Below, piece after piece: positions 9,931 through 19,080 of a DNA stretch of 64,000 nucleotides. The notes under the pieces were generated by a model that did no database searches, was not told the DNA's origin, and was given only the letters and a program-made list of their open reading frames with translations. The stretch is from Escherichia phage DaisyDussoix: the sequence record MZ501058, one strand, 5' to 3'. Numbering within the stretch: position 1 is the first letter of the stretch; every line of letters starts with the position of its first letter. The position numbers and the translations under genes are program-made.

Positions 9931-11076
9931 ATGACTACTTTACTAAACCTGAACTGGGATCATACTAATGCTGACCTTTTCCTGGGAGATTCTCTCGGTA
10001 TCGCAGATTATGTACGTGTAGCACATCCAGAACTAGAACGTCTGGCACTACTGCAACGCTCTCAATTTTGGACTGAAACTGAAATCAGTCTGGAAGCAGA
10101 TAAGAAACAATGGCCTAATCTCCCACGTGAAATTCAGGAAATTACACTCCTGAACTTAGCATGGCAAACCCAAACCGACTCCTTTATCAGTCGTGCCCCT
10201 GAAGCAGCTATTATGCCGCTTGTAAGTCGTCCAGAATTGGAAGGTATGCTCAAGCAGTGGAGCTACTTCGAAGATCTGCATAGTCGTGCTTATAGTAATA
10301 TTATTCGTAATGTGCTGACTGACCCAGCAGAATTTATTGATTCTGTAACCAAAAACCAAGAAGCATTTGCACGCATCGCTGATTCTGTTGAACTGTTCGA
10401 TGAACTGTACCAGTTAGGTCAGTATTTCATCGCAGTACGTGATCATCGTGGTGACAATACGTATCCAGAAACTGAGTTCCCTGAAGTTAAGCGTGAAACT
10501 CAGGCTAAACTATTAGACGCTTACTTTGCGATCTATGGCCTGGAAGCAATGCAGTTTTACGCATCCTTTGCATGTACCTTTGCATTAGCAGAGAACGATA
10601 TTCTGCAAGGTATTGCTAAAAATCTGCAATTAATCGCTAAAGATGAAGCTCTGCACACTCAGATGTCCAAAGCAATCATCCATATTATGTTTCAGCAATT
10701 TGACAAAGATCTGGTAGATGAAGCAGTGGCTAAAGCACCAGCACAGCTCCTGAAAACTCTGAAAACTGAAATTGAATGGGGTCATTTCATTTTCAAAGGT
10801 CGTAGTCTGATTGGCTTGAATGCAGAACTTCTAGAAGAATATCTGTATTTTGTGGGACGTAATGCATTTATGCACATCGGTGTAGAATGGCCTAGTCATT
10901 TACCAGTAATCACCAAAAACCCTATTCCGTGGATTATGAACTGGTTGGATACTACTTCTCTACAGCCTGCTCCACAAGAAATCCAGATTGGTGCAGCCTA
11001 CCGTGTAGGTCAGGTAACTGAGACCTCTACTGATACTCTGAAAGATCTGGGCAATGAATTTGGAGATTTCCTATGA
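9931..11076 (+). CDS. nrdB: ribonucleoside-diphosphate reductase beta subunit
   Basis: 381 aa, directly after nrdA; typical R2 length and position. Confidence 0.9.
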   Translation: MTTLLNLNWDHTNADLFLGDSLGIADYVRVAHPELERLALLQRSQFWTETEISLEADKKQWPNLPREIQEITLLNLAWQTQTDSFISRAPEAAIMPLVSRPELEGMLKQWSYFEDLHSRAYSNIIRNVLTDPAEFIDSVTKNQEAFARIADSVELFDELYQLGQYFIAVRDHRGDNTYPETEFPEVKRETQAKLLDAYFAIYGLEAMQFYASFACTFALAENDILQGIAKNLQLIAKDEALHTQMSKAIIHIMFQQFDKDLVDEAVAKAPAQLLKTLKTEIEWGHFIFKGRSLIGLNAELLEEYLYFVGRNAFMHIGVEWPSHLPVITKNPIPWIMNWLDTTSLQPAPQEIQIGAAYRVGQVTETSTDTLKDLGNEFGDFL

Positions 11077-11606
11077 TTACAGCAATATATGCAGTTGGGC
11101 CGAGTGGGGAGTTCGGCCTCCGAGGTAAGCTTCCCTGGGGTTCTTTTAAAGAAGAACTAGATGCTTTTTATTCACAATTAGATGTACTAAATCCCGATAA
11201 TATTATTATGGGGGCAGGTACTTATTTAGCTCTTCCATATGCCGTTAGGGAACGTATGATTGGAGCTTCTGACCTATTTATTCGTGCTGATCGTCCACTG
11301 CCAGACGATATTACACATGATATTTACACTCCCATATCAATGATAGGTGATACATTACCTACTTTTCTAAAAGATCAGCAAACAGTAGTTCTAGGTGGAG
11401 CTAATCTTCTTCTAGAAATGTACCAACATGGGCATATAGAGAGTGCTTTTGTATCTACAATCTTTAGCGAACAGAAGCTAGAGGCAGATATATATCTAGA
11501 TAGTATGATACTAGATTATAACTATGAATCCACTCGATTAGTCTATGCAGTTGGCGCAAACAGTGATAACAGCCTGCGATTTGTACAGGAATTGGTTACT
11601 TATTAA
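11073..11606 (+). CDS. frd: dihydrofolate reductase
   Basis: 177 aa; N-terminus MITAIYAVGPSGEFGLRGKLPW typical of DHFR; start overlaps the nrdB stop. Confidence 0.9.
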   Translation: MITAIYAVGPSGEFGLRGKLPWGSFKEELDAFYSQLDVLNPDNIIMGAGTYLALPYAVRERMIGASDLFIRADRPLPDDITHDIYTPISMIGDTLPTFLKDQQTVVLGGANLLLEMYQHGHIESAFVSTIFSEQKLEADIYLDSMILDYNYESTRLVYAVGANSDNSLRFVQELVTY

Positions 11607-12445
11607 TGCAACAATACTTAAAAATTTTGACAGATGTAATTTTACTAGGTGAACCCCGTAATGACCGTACAGGAACAGGCACAGTTTCAATTTTTGATTC
11701 CTATGCTAAGTTCGACCTACGTGAAGGATTCCCGGCTGTAACTACTAAACGCCTGGCCTGGAAATCAGTAGTAGGAGAACTTTTGTGGTTCTTGTCTGGT
11801 TCCACAAATCTTCATGATCTACGTGTATTCACATTTGGTCGTGACGAAGGACAGTGGACCATCTGGACTCCAAATTATGAAGACCAAGCTATAAGTATGG
11901 GGTATGATAAGGGTAATCTAGGACCAGTATATGGTAAACAGTGGCGTAACTTTGGTGGGCGAGATCAGATCCTAGAACTTATTGAAGGAATCAAGAATAA
12001 TCCTCATGGCCGCAGACATCTAGTTTCTGCGTGGAACGTAGCTGAACTTGATAAAATGGCATTACCACCCTGTCATTATGGTTTTCAGTGTTACGTAAGT
12101 AATGATGGATACCTAGATCTTAAATGGACACAACGCTCTGTGGATTGTTTCCTCGGTTTACCTTTCAATATTGCTAGTTATGCTTTATTAACGCATATAT
12201 TAGCAAAACTGACAGGATTAAAACCTCGTTATCTTATCTTTAGTGGTGGTGATACTCATATCTATAATGACCACATGGAACAGGTAGAAGAACAGGTAAA
12301 ACGCAAGCCACGCCCTCTGCCAACTCTAGTAATGCCAGAGTTTGTAGATCTTTACGATTTATTAGAAAATAATACAGCAGCTTGGTCGTTCCATTTAGAG
12401 GGGTACGATCCTCATCCAGCTCTTAAAGCTAAAATGTCCTCTTAA
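11606..12445 (+). CDS. thyA: thymidylate synthase
   Basis: 279 aa; RNDRTGTGT motif and PPCH catalytic-cysteine region. Confidence 0.95.
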   Translation: MQQYLKILTDVILLGEPRNDRTGTGTVSIFDSYAKFDLREGFPAVTTKRLAWKSVVGELLWFLSGSTNLHDLRVFTFGRDEGQWTIWTPNYEDQAISMGYDKGNLGPVYGKQWRNFGGRDQILELIEGIKNNPHGRRHLVSAWNVAELDKMALPPCHYGFQCYVSNDGYLDLKWTQRSVDCFLGLPFNIASYALLTHILAKLTGLKPRYLIFSGGDTHIYNDHMEQVEEQVKRKPRPLPTLVMPEFVDLYDLLENNTAAWSFHLEGYDPHPALKAKMSS

Positions 12446-12449
12446 CTTA

Positions 12450-12478
12450 AATAGCCCTTCGGGGCTATTATATTTAAA
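12450..12478 (+). terminator. rho-independent terminator after thyA
   Basis: AAATAGCCC-TTCG-GGGCTATT hairpin plus T-rich tail. Confidence 0.6.
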
Positions 12479-12484
12479 ATTTCA

Positions 12485-12515
12485 TTTGCTTATTTAGTGA
12501 AATTTTAAATATAAT
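12485..12515 (+). promoter_or_regulatory. T5-type early promoter
   Basis: TTCATTTGCT ... AATATAAT then ACTAAAT leader. Confidence 0.6.
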
Positions 12516-12546
12516 ATACTAAATCAACCAATATGGACAAACAAGA

Positions 12547-12933
12547 ATGAGCAAAGATATAGAATTAGAACACGCCCTGCATAATTATACCTCTTACTTG
12601 GAGGGTAATGAAGTAAAAGAATTAACTAAGGAACAAATCCTACTAATTCTAGATTCTCTAGTTTTAAAGTTTAAAAAACTAGAGGAATACTACTCCGTAG
12701 GTAATGGGGATGAAAGAGTAGAACTATCTCTAAGTCTTCTAGAAGACATGGGGTGGGATGAAGATGACCAAGTAGGGTACTTGGGGATTTCTGTAGAAAT
12801 CTTAGAAAACACAGAACATGAAGATATTTTAGAAGTGAAAAGTAGAACAGCTATTCGTTATGGTACTTATGGAAGTGGAATAACTGGATTAAAAGCGCTT
12901 CTTAGTATGGATCTAGGGTGGTTGGATGAGTAA
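12547..12933 (+). CDS. hypothetical acidic protein
   Basis: 128 aa ORF with RBS. Confidence 0.5.
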   Translation: MSKDIELEHALHNYTSYLEGNEVKELTKEQILLILDSLVLKFKKLEEYYSVGNGDERVELSLSLLEDMGWDEDDQVGYLGISVEILENTEHEDILEVKSRTAIRYGTYGSGITGLKALLSMDLGWLDE

Positions 12934-13471
12934 ACAACCGACACTAGAGAGATTAAAAGAACTTCTAAATTATGATCCTGATACCGGAATATTTACTAAT
13001 AAAATAAGTAGAGGTAAGGGAGGTAAAGCCGGAGCAGTTGCTGGTTATTTAAGAAAAGATGGTTATATAACTATAAAAATAGATAAAGTAGATTATCTAG
13101 CCCATAGACTGGCATTCCTGTATATGACAGGGAGTATTCCTGACTTAGTAGATCATATAAATCGTATACGGTCAGATAATAGATGGAAAAATTTAAGAGA
13201 ATCTACTAGTCAAATTAATAATAGAAACTGCACTGCCTCTAGCAAATCAGGGTACTTAGGGGTACATTGGAATAAGCAACTACAAAAGTGGCAAGTACAG
13301 ATAATAAACTGTGAGGGTAAGAATATTTATGGTGGAATATTCGAATATCTAGACTTAGAGAACGCCGTATTAAAAGCAAATATCTTGAGACACGAGTTAC
13401 ATGGTAAAGATGCTGTAGAAGAAATATTTTATAATAACTATTATCCCACATTAGAGGAACTTAATAGATGA
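12926..13471 (+). CDS. HNH homing endonuclease (AP2-domain type), family A
   Basis: 181 aa; HINRIRSDNRWKNL HNH motif and SGYLGVHWNK..KWQVQI AP2-like segment; paralogs at 39960 and 43998. Confidence 0.85.
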   Translation: MSKQPTLERLKELLNYDPDTGIFTNKISRGKGGKAGAVAGYLRKDGYITIKIDKVDYLAHRLAFLYMTGSIPDLVDHINRIRSDNRWKNLRESTSQINNRNCTASSKSGYLGVHWNKQLQKWQVQIINCEGKNIYGGIFEYLDLENAVLKANILRHELHGKDAVEEIFYNNYYPTLEELNR

Positions 13472-13944
13472 GTACATTTCATATATACACAGATGGTGCT
13501 TGTAAGTCTAATCCAGGTCCAGGTGCTTGGGGTTTTATTGTCTATGATGATAACAACGATCGTTTAGGTTCTAAATCTGGTTATAATCCTAAAACCACAA
13601 ATAACGAGATGGAACTCACAGCTATTGTAGAAGCTCTACGTTGGTCCGTTAAAAAAGATAATAGACCAATTGCTATCTATACTGACTCTGCTTATTGCAA
13701 AAATGGCATGGAAAGTTGGATGTTTTCTTGGCAAAGGAAAGGCTGGAAGAAAGCAGATGGTGAAGTTCCTCTTAATCTAGAACTTTGGCAGGAAGCATTT
13801 AAATTAACACAGCAGTATATCAACTTTCATAATACTAACCCTACCTTTATTAAGGTTAAAGGACATTCTGGTATTAGTGGTAATGAAGCTGTAGATGCAC
13901 TATGTAATACAGTTATTACTGAGCAAGAACTTGCTGAGATGTGA
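13468..13944 (+). CDS. rnh: ribonuclease H
   Basis: 158 aa; MSTFHIYTDGACKSNPGPGAWGF is an RNase HI signature. Confidence 0.9.
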   Translation: MSTFHIYTDGACKSNPGPGAWGFIVYDDNNDRLGSKSGYNPKTTNNEMELTAIVEALRWSVKKDNRPIAIYTDSAYCKNGMESWMFSWQRKGWKKADGEVPLNLELWQEAFKLTQQYINFHNTNPTFIKVKGHSGISGNEAVDALCNTVITEQELAEM

Positions 13945-13964
13945 TAAATAAATTAAAAATTTTC

Positions 13965-13993
13965 TTGCTTAAAGCCCCCTAATTTAGTATAAT
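13965..13993 (+). promoter_or_regulatory. T5-type early promoter
   Basis: TTGCTT -35, AGTATAAT -10. Confidence 0.65.
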
Positions 13994-14020
13994 ATTCGTA
14001 TTGAAAGTGAGGAGGGCTTT

Positions 14021-14299
14021 ATGCGAATTTACAACTCAAATTCATTAGGATTTAAACCTTTGAGAAAACTCGCACAACCTCCGCGTCAGATCAGAAAGGC
14101 AAATATTGGTGAGCCAGAAACTAGGCTTCCACCACCTCCGGAGCAACGTCTAGTTTACCTAGACGAAGAATTAGCCGAAAGGGAACGCAAAGCTCAAGAA
14201 GAAATTGAGCGCAAGAAACTGTGTACTGCTCCAGCGTATAATAAAGGAGCGTATCAATATGTCTCAGATGCCGAACAAGCTAAGATGGTTGGTAGATAA
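14021..14299 (+). CDS. hypothetical protein
   Basis: 92 aa ORF with GAGG RBS. Confidence 0.45.
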   Translation: MRIYNSNSLGFKPLRKLAQPPRQIRKANIGEPETRLPPPPEQRLVYLDEELAERERKAQEEIERKKLCTAPAYNKGAYQYVSDAEQAKMVGR

Positions 14300-14314
14300 T
14301 TTTTAAAAAATTCA

Positions 14315-14344
14315 TTTGCTAAACGCTTCAAATTCTCGTATAAT
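14315..14344 (+). promoter_or_regulatory. T5-type early promoter
   Basis: AAAATTCATTTGCT ... TCGTATAATATACTTCATAAATTGA. Confidence 0.7.
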
Positions 14345-14382
14345 ATACTTCATAAATTGATAAACAAAAAGGAAAACAAATA

Positions 14383-14898
14383 ATGGCTAAGCAGAAAAAC
14401 GCAAAAACTCAAGCAGCTCCGGCAGTTAAAACTTTCCCGCAGACCGAGGCTAATCGCAAAGCTCGTCTGGAACGCCACCTGCGTAAGCATCCTACCGATG
14501 CTCAGGCTGCGCAAGCACTGAATAATCCGGCTCCGATTCGTAAGAAGCCTAAAGCTAAAAATGCCACCCGTAAATCCTACAAAATGGTTATGTATGTAGA
14601 AAATTACGGCCACAAATCTGTCCCAGTTTCCATGAGCTTCAACGCTGGGGCTGAATTATTCTCTCGTAATGGTATGTCTATGAAAGACTATGAGAAGGCA
14701 GTTAACCAGAAGCGTAAACCAACAGCAGATGTATTGCGTGATACTCGTGGACAGTTTGGTTCTGTTAAGCCAAATATCTTTGGCGTAGAGTATAGTAAAG
14801 ATAATGTTCGTGCTCTGTGTTACGGTGTAGGCATTAAGTTCACGGGTGATTCTGCTCGTAAATCTGCTAAACCAGCTCGCAAGCGTAAAGCGAAGTAA
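14383..14898 (+). CDS. hypothetical basic protein
   Basis: 171 aa, Lys/Arg-rich termini; terminator hairpin follows. Confidence 0.55.
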   Translation: MAKQKNAKTQAAPAVKTFPQTEANRKARLERHLRKHPTDAQAAQALNNPAPIRKKPKAKNATRKSYKMVMYVENYGHKSVPVSMSFNAGAELFSRNGMSMKDYEKAVNQKRKPTADVLRDTRGQFGSVKPNIFGVEYSKDNVRALCYGVGIKFTGDSARKSAKPARKRKAK

Positions 14899-14906
14899 TA
14901 GATAAA

Positions 14907-14930
14907 TAGGGGCAGAAGCCCCTACAATCT
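14907..14930 (+). terminator. hairpin terminator candidate
   Basis: AGGGGC-AGAA-GCCCCT hairpin; weak T tract. Confidence 0.4.
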
Positions 14931-14961
14931 ACTAATTCTCTAACTAATCAAGGATATTTTT

Positions 14962-15177
14962 ATGTTCTCTAAGAAACCACGTTCCGTTACTGAAATCGTT
15001 GCTTCCTTTACCACTATCACTGATGAGCTTCAAGCTCGTATTGAGGCTGATCAAAAAATTGCTGCGGATATTCAGAAACAGCAGGAAGAACTCGCTTTAA
15101 AGTTGGCTGAAACCAACAAGAGCGAAAAATCTGCCCAAACTATTATGGAAAATATCCTTAAACTGCTGGGCAAGTGA
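14962..15177 (+). CDS. hypothetical small protein
   Basis: 71 aa ORF followed by GC hairpin terminator. Confidence 0.45.
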   Translation: MFSKKPRSVTEIVASFTTITDELQARIEADQKIAADIQKQQEELALKLAETNKSEKSAQTIMENILKLLGK

Positions 15178-15184
15178 TTTAAAT

Positions 15185-15210
15185 CAGGGGGCGAAAGCCC
15201 CTCTTATTTG
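15185..15210 (+). terminator. rho-independent terminator
   Basis: AGGGGGC-GAAA-GCCCCTCTTATTTG. Confidence 0.55.
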
Positions 15211-15218
15211 GAGAAACT

Positions 15219-15455
15219 ATGCGTAATTTTGTAGCAAAGAATGATTTTAACCGTGCTAGCACCCATAAGTCAGCTAGGGATTATACACGACTTTCTAGTC
15301 ATGAAGTAATGGATACCTGTTATGAAGAGCTGGAAGGTAGCTGGAATGACTGGCCCGACTTCTCTATGGAAGAGAACTGGGATGTCAGTGAGGATATGCT
15401 TCCTGGTTTTAAAGACCCCAAGAAGTGGGAGTCTATTAAAGAGACAGCTCTTTAA
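15219..15455 (+). CDS. hypothetical small acidic protein
   Basis: 78 aa ORF with GGAG RBS. Confidence 0.45.
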   Translation: MRNFVAKNDFNRASTHKSARDYTRLSSHEVMDTCYEELEGSWNDWPDFSMEENWDVSEDMLPGFKDPKKWESIKETAL

Positions 15456-15483
15456 TAGTTTTCTACACAATAAAGGATAAGTT

Positions 15484-16185
15484 ATGAAAGTAAAACCATT
15501 TGGTATGCTAGATATTGAATCTCTAGGAACTCCAGGAGATTGTGGTACTACTCATATCGCAATGCCTTCTTTCGCTTTTGTGGCTATGCATGGGATTGAT
15601 AAAGACCCTGACTTAGTATTTGCTACTTTGGATGTGCAGGATCAGCTTAATTCTGGTGCCAAAGTTACAGCATCTACTCTAGCATTCTGGATGGATCAAG
15701 CTAAAAATAGCCCGTCTGCTATCCACATTATGGAAGCCATGAAGGAACGTAATCCAAAACTGATTGCCTTCCAAAATGGTAAACATCATTGCACTAATAA
15801 ATTAGGCTCAAACTATGCTGCCTTCTCTATGTCTCAAAATATTATGGAGTTGGCTCTAGGTGAAAATGCTTTGTATTATGGCAATGGCCCAGAGTTTGAT
15901 ATGACTATCTACTCTGCAAACACGTTCCATGCTGGAACCAATGAAGAGGTAGTTCCGTGGAAATTCTGGAATTTGGGCAATGTTCGATCTCTTCGTAATC
16001 TCTGGATGCAAGCTGGATACAGTTATAAGGCTCTAGAGACCGAAGGTATTAGCTGGGCAATAGCTAAAATGGAGAAGATGGACACTATTCGTTATGGGAT
16101 CTATCCGGTTAAGCATGATCCTGCATTTGATGCCTTAGTTGAAAGCTATTGTGTTGCAGCTATGATCGAAAAAATGAAAATTTGA
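15484..16185 (+). CDS. DEDD-family 3'-5' exonuclease-like protein
   Basis: 233 aa; FGMLDIESLG (Exo I D-x-E) and KHDPAFDAL (Exo III H..A.DA-like). Confidence 0.65.
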   Translation: MKVKPFGMLDIESLGTPGDCGTTHIAMPSFAFVAMHGIDKDPDLVFATLDVQDQLNSGAKVTASTLAFWMDQAKNSPSAIHIMEAMKERNPKLIAFQNGKHHCTNKLGSNYAAFSMSQNIMELALGENALYYGNGPEFDMTIYSANTFHAGTNEEVVPWKFWNLGNVRSLRNLWMQAGYSYKALETEGISWAIAKMEKMDTIRYGIYPVKHDPAFDALVESYCVAAMIEKMKI

Positions 16186-16186
16186 T

Positions 16187-16215
16187 TTGCTTCCGGCCCC
16201 AAAATTCTGTATAAT
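16187..16215 (+). promoter_or_regulatory. T5-type early promoter
   Basis: TTGATTTGCTT ... TCTGTATAATATATTCATAAATTTGAGA. Confidence 0.7.
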
Positions 16216-16255
16216 ATATTCATAAATTTGAGAAAACAATAAAAGGAAAACATAT

Positions 16256-16438
16256 ATGCCAGTATCTAAAAATGTTCGTAAAAATGGTAAGAAAGCTACT
16301 CGTAATCTGGGTATCCGTCGTATGGCTGAACGTCAATCAGGTATCCAGAAAATCTTTGATCTGCTAAATCGTGCTAATCCTAAAATTGATAACAGTAATG
16401 ATACTGTTCTACGCACTCTGCTGGCAATTGGTCTGTAA
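16256..16438 (+). CDS. hypothetical small basic protein
   Basis: 60 aa ORF with AAAGGAAAA RBS. Confidence 0.45.
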   Translation: MPVSKNVRKNGKKATRNLGIRRMAERQSGIQKIFDLLNRANPKIDNSNDTVLRTLLAIGL

Positions 16439-16491
16439 TAGACCAACTTTAAACAAATTCAAATCTCAAACTTCATATAAGGAAGCAAATA

Positions 16492-17130
16492 ATGACTACT
16501 CGTATTTCTAAAACTCGCGCTCTGGCAACTATCAAATCTCTGGAAGCTAAAATCCGTAAAGCTACTGAACAGCAGCTTCTGATCGCTGTTGGTGAAGGTA
16601 AGGATAAAAACCAAGTTGTAGTTGGCGCTGCAATCGAAGTAGCTGATCTGTCTACTCGTATTAAGACTGATTTCCAGTCTCTGCTGGATATGATGTCCCA
16701 GCGTGATCGTATCAAAGCTGCTCTGATTAAAAGCAATGCGGAAACAATCGTTGAGATTGGCTCTCGTAAGATGACTGTTGCGGAAGCAATTGAAGCTAAG
16801 CGTTCTATGGAACTTAAAGCCCAACTACTGGCTAACATGCGTAAGCAGTTCCATGCCGCTACGGTTAAGTTTAATACGCAGAAAGCACAGTTTGATGCTA
16901 AATATGAGCGTTTGCAGGATAGCATGGCTACCCGCGATAAGAAAACTTCCGAAGATGAAGTTAAAATGCAGCTCAACCTGCTGGAACTCAAGAATACTCC
17001 ATTCTTGATTGATCCGCTGGAACTGGAAAAGCTGATTAAGCAGCATGACGAGGAATATCAGGACTTTGCAACAAATGTTGACTTTGTTCTGTCCGAGTCT
17101 AACGCTTCTACCTTCATTGAAGTAGAGTAA
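16492..17130 (+). CDS. hypothetical coiled-coil protein
   Basis: 212 aa ORF with AAGGAAG RBS. Confidence 0.55.
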   Translation: MTTRISKTRALATIKSLEAKIRKATEQQLLIAVGEGKDKNQVVVGAAIEVADLSTRIKTDFQSLLDMMSQRDRIKAALIKSNAETIVEIGSRKMTVAEAIEAKRSMELKAQLLANMRKQFHAATVKFNTQKAQFDAKYERLQDSMATRDKKTSEDEVKMQLNLLELKNTPFLIDPLELEKLIKQHDEEYQDFATNVDFVLSESNASTFIEVE

Positions 17131-17513
17131 TAATTTAAAAGCTAGTAAATCGGTAGACGAAAGCCCAAGCATCTTACCTCGCAGCAGCGGTTGAAATACG
17201 AGGTTAAATAAGACCGCTGACCATACTATAAAGTATAATCTATTGGAGATTATGTTTATTACATCAGACATTTAATCTGACACGTAAAAACAAAAGGTCG
17301 TTGGTAGTACCAACACAACTTCAAAGATCAACGCTCAAGTATGAAAGCTGAAAAGTTAAAAGCACTCAAACTTCTAACCTTCTAAAGCTAAAAGATGCAA
17401 AGTATTCGTTGATGATTCAAACCCTAGATCAAAGGTACATGGCTCATAAGATATGGCCTGTGGCGCCTCTAGGCTGTTTATCGGTTTACTAGTCTCTCAA
17501 TTTAAAAATGTAT

Positions 17514-17542
17514 TTGCTAATTAGTTTAGTTTTCTATATAAT
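17514..17542 (+). promoter_or_regulatory. T5-type early promoter
   Basis: TGTATTTGCT ... CTATATAATATATTTTTAAATTGATGAGA. Confidence 0.7.
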
Positions 17543-17572
17543 ATATTTTTAAATTGATGAGACGAGGCTATT

Positions 17573-17890
17573 ATGATTTTTCATATTCTTATTGATGATG
17601 TTCGTGTCCTGCATGGGATGGATATTATCATTCGAACCCCCGAAGCCGCTATTGAGTTTCTGAATACAACCGATACCACCGGACATTTCGTTTATATGGA
17701 TAACGATCTGGCTGTAGATGGTATGGAAGGTTATCAAATTCTTCGATTACTCCTAGAATTTGGTCAGAGACCCAAGAAAGTGGTACTAGTAACCTCGAAC
17801 CCAGTAGCTAAAGAGACCATGCGTAATGATCTCCTAGACGAAGGGTATCAAGAAAGCCCTAATCGTATTGAGTACGATTGGCCGGAGTAA
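17573..17890 (+). CDS. receiver (CheY-like) domain-like protein
   Basis: 105 aa; HILIDDV...FVYMDNDLAVDGMEGYQILRLL...VVLVTSNP resembles REC-domain acidic pocket and D/T/K positions; weak. Confidence 0.45.
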   Translation: MIFHILIDDVRVLHGMDIIIRTPEAAIEFLNTTDTTGHFVYMDNDLAVDGMEGYQILRLLLEFGQRPKKVVLVTSNPVAKETMRNDLLDEGYQESPNRIEYDWPE

Positions 17891-17895
17891 ATAAA

Positions 17896-18345
17896 ATGAA
17901 GGCAGCTTTGCTTTTAATAGCTGCCCTAACCTATAGCTTCAATAGTCATGCGACCTACGACTCAAAGCAGATTGATTGCATTGCAAAAAATATCTACTTC
18001 GAAGCACGAGGTGAGGGCACTAAAGGAATGATCGCAGTTGCACAGGTTACTAAAAACCGTGTTAACTCTGGTACTTTTCCTGATTCTTACTGTAAAGTAG
18101 TATATCAGTCTAACCAGTTCTCTTGGGTGGCCAAGAGACCAAAAGTTGATAAAACCGATGAGGCTTGGCAAGTTGCTAAGAATTTAGCTAGAGTGATATA
18201 CTACGTTGATTTACCACAAGATCCAACACATGGAGCGTTATACTTCCATAGTGGTAAAGATAAACCTTACTGGACAAAGAAGTTTAAGAAAACAACGAAG
18301 ATTCAAGGCCATACGTTCTACAAGCCTGTGGTTAAGAAAACTTAA
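17896..18345 (+). CDS. secreted cell-wall hydrolase (SleB/Hydrolase_2-like)
   Basis: Signal peptide MKAALLLIAALTYSFNSHA, then IDCIAKNIYFEARGEG...VAQVTKNRV...YCKVVYQ..QFSW motif. Confidence 0.8.
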   Translation: MKAALLLIAALTYSFNSHATYDSKQIDCIAKNIYFEARGEGTKGMIAVAQVTKNRVNSGTFPDSYCKVVYQSNQFSWVAKRPKVDKTDEAWQVAKNLARVIYYVDLPQDPTHGALYFHSGKDKPYWTKKFKKTTKIQGHTFYKPVVKKT

Positions 18346-18354
18346 AAATTCGAT

Positions 18355-18382
18355 TGCTTAAAGCCTTAAATTTCTGTATAAT
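18355..18382 (+). promoter_or_regulatory. T5-type early promoter
   Basis: TTCGATTGCTT ... TCTGTATAATACTTTCATAAATTAATGAGAGG. Confidence 0.7.
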
Positions 18383-18413
18383 ACTTTCATAAATTAATGA
18401 GAGGAAGCGAAAT

Positions 18414-18584
18414 ATGAAATCAGTTGTAATTATTGGTGTTAATACTCGTGGTATCCGTACTACGAAAACAGTTAAAACTACTAACGTTGCTGAAATTACT
18501 ACAAACCCTAAGAAGTTTGATTTCGCCAAAGTCTCAGCAGTTATGACAGAGCAATCTTTTAACCAAGCACTGGGGATGAAATAA
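18414..18584 (+). CDS. hypothetical small protein
   Basis: 56 aa ORF (MKSVVIIGVNTRG...) with GAGAGGAAG RBS; below the ORF-track cutoff. Confidence 0.35.
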   Translation: MKSVVIIGVNTRGIRTTKTVKTTNVAEITTNPKKFDFAKVSAVMTEQSFNQALGMK

Positions 18585-19033
18585 TGGAAGAGAATATTCT
18601 AGATGTTTTGCGTAGGGCTTTGCAGGAATCTAAGGTTGATGGTTCTGATAAAGAAGTAGCTAAAAGCTACCAGACCATAATCGGAGATCTTCAGCGTGTT
18701 GATAAAGACTTCATTACTTCTGAACAGTTTGTATCTTATCTAAAAGCTCAACTGAAAAGCATTAATCAGACGAAAGCTAAACTTCACGGTCAAGACATTG
18801 ATAATTATAGCTTGCAGTCTGCTCAGTATGAATATATACTGAACAAATGGTTACAACAGTATCTGCCGCCTCAGCTTTCTGATTCTGAGATTCGCAAATA
18901 CTTTGCAGAATTAGTTAAGTTGAACCCTGGGATTACGAAAGGTATGCTGATGAAAGCGATTAAGGAAGAATTCCCTGGTCGTTATGATGGTGGTATTGCT
19001 GCTCAAGTTGCTGGCGAATTCAATAAAAATTGA
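18584..19033 (+). CDS. hypothetical protein
   Basis: 149 aa ORF. Confidence 0.55.
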   Translation: MEENILDVLRRALQESKVDGSDKEVAKSYQTIIGDLQRVDKDFITSEQFVSYLKAQLKSINQTKAKLHGQDIDNYSLQSAQYEYILNKWLQQYLPPQLSDSEIRKYFAELVKLNPGITKGMLMKAIKEEFPGRYDGGIAAQVAGEFNKN

Positions 19034-19034
19034 T

Positions 19035-19063
19035 TTGCTAAACGCTTCAAAATTCTGTATAAT
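19035..19063 (+). promoter_or_regulatory. T5-type early promoter reading into ORF-free block 19081-19920
   Basis: TGATTTGCT ... TCTGTATAATAGATTCATAAATTAGAGA, close to recalled T5 P25/P26-type sequence. Confidence 0.7.
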
Positions 19064-19080
19064 AGATTCATAAATTAGAG

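Noticed and set aside
16473-17271. Minus-strand ORFs 16459..16824, 16473..16991, 16825..17271 antisense to gene 16492..17130
   Set aside because: All coding on this stretch is on the plus strand with promoters and RBS; antisense frames are Ser/Leu-rich low-complexity and unsupported.
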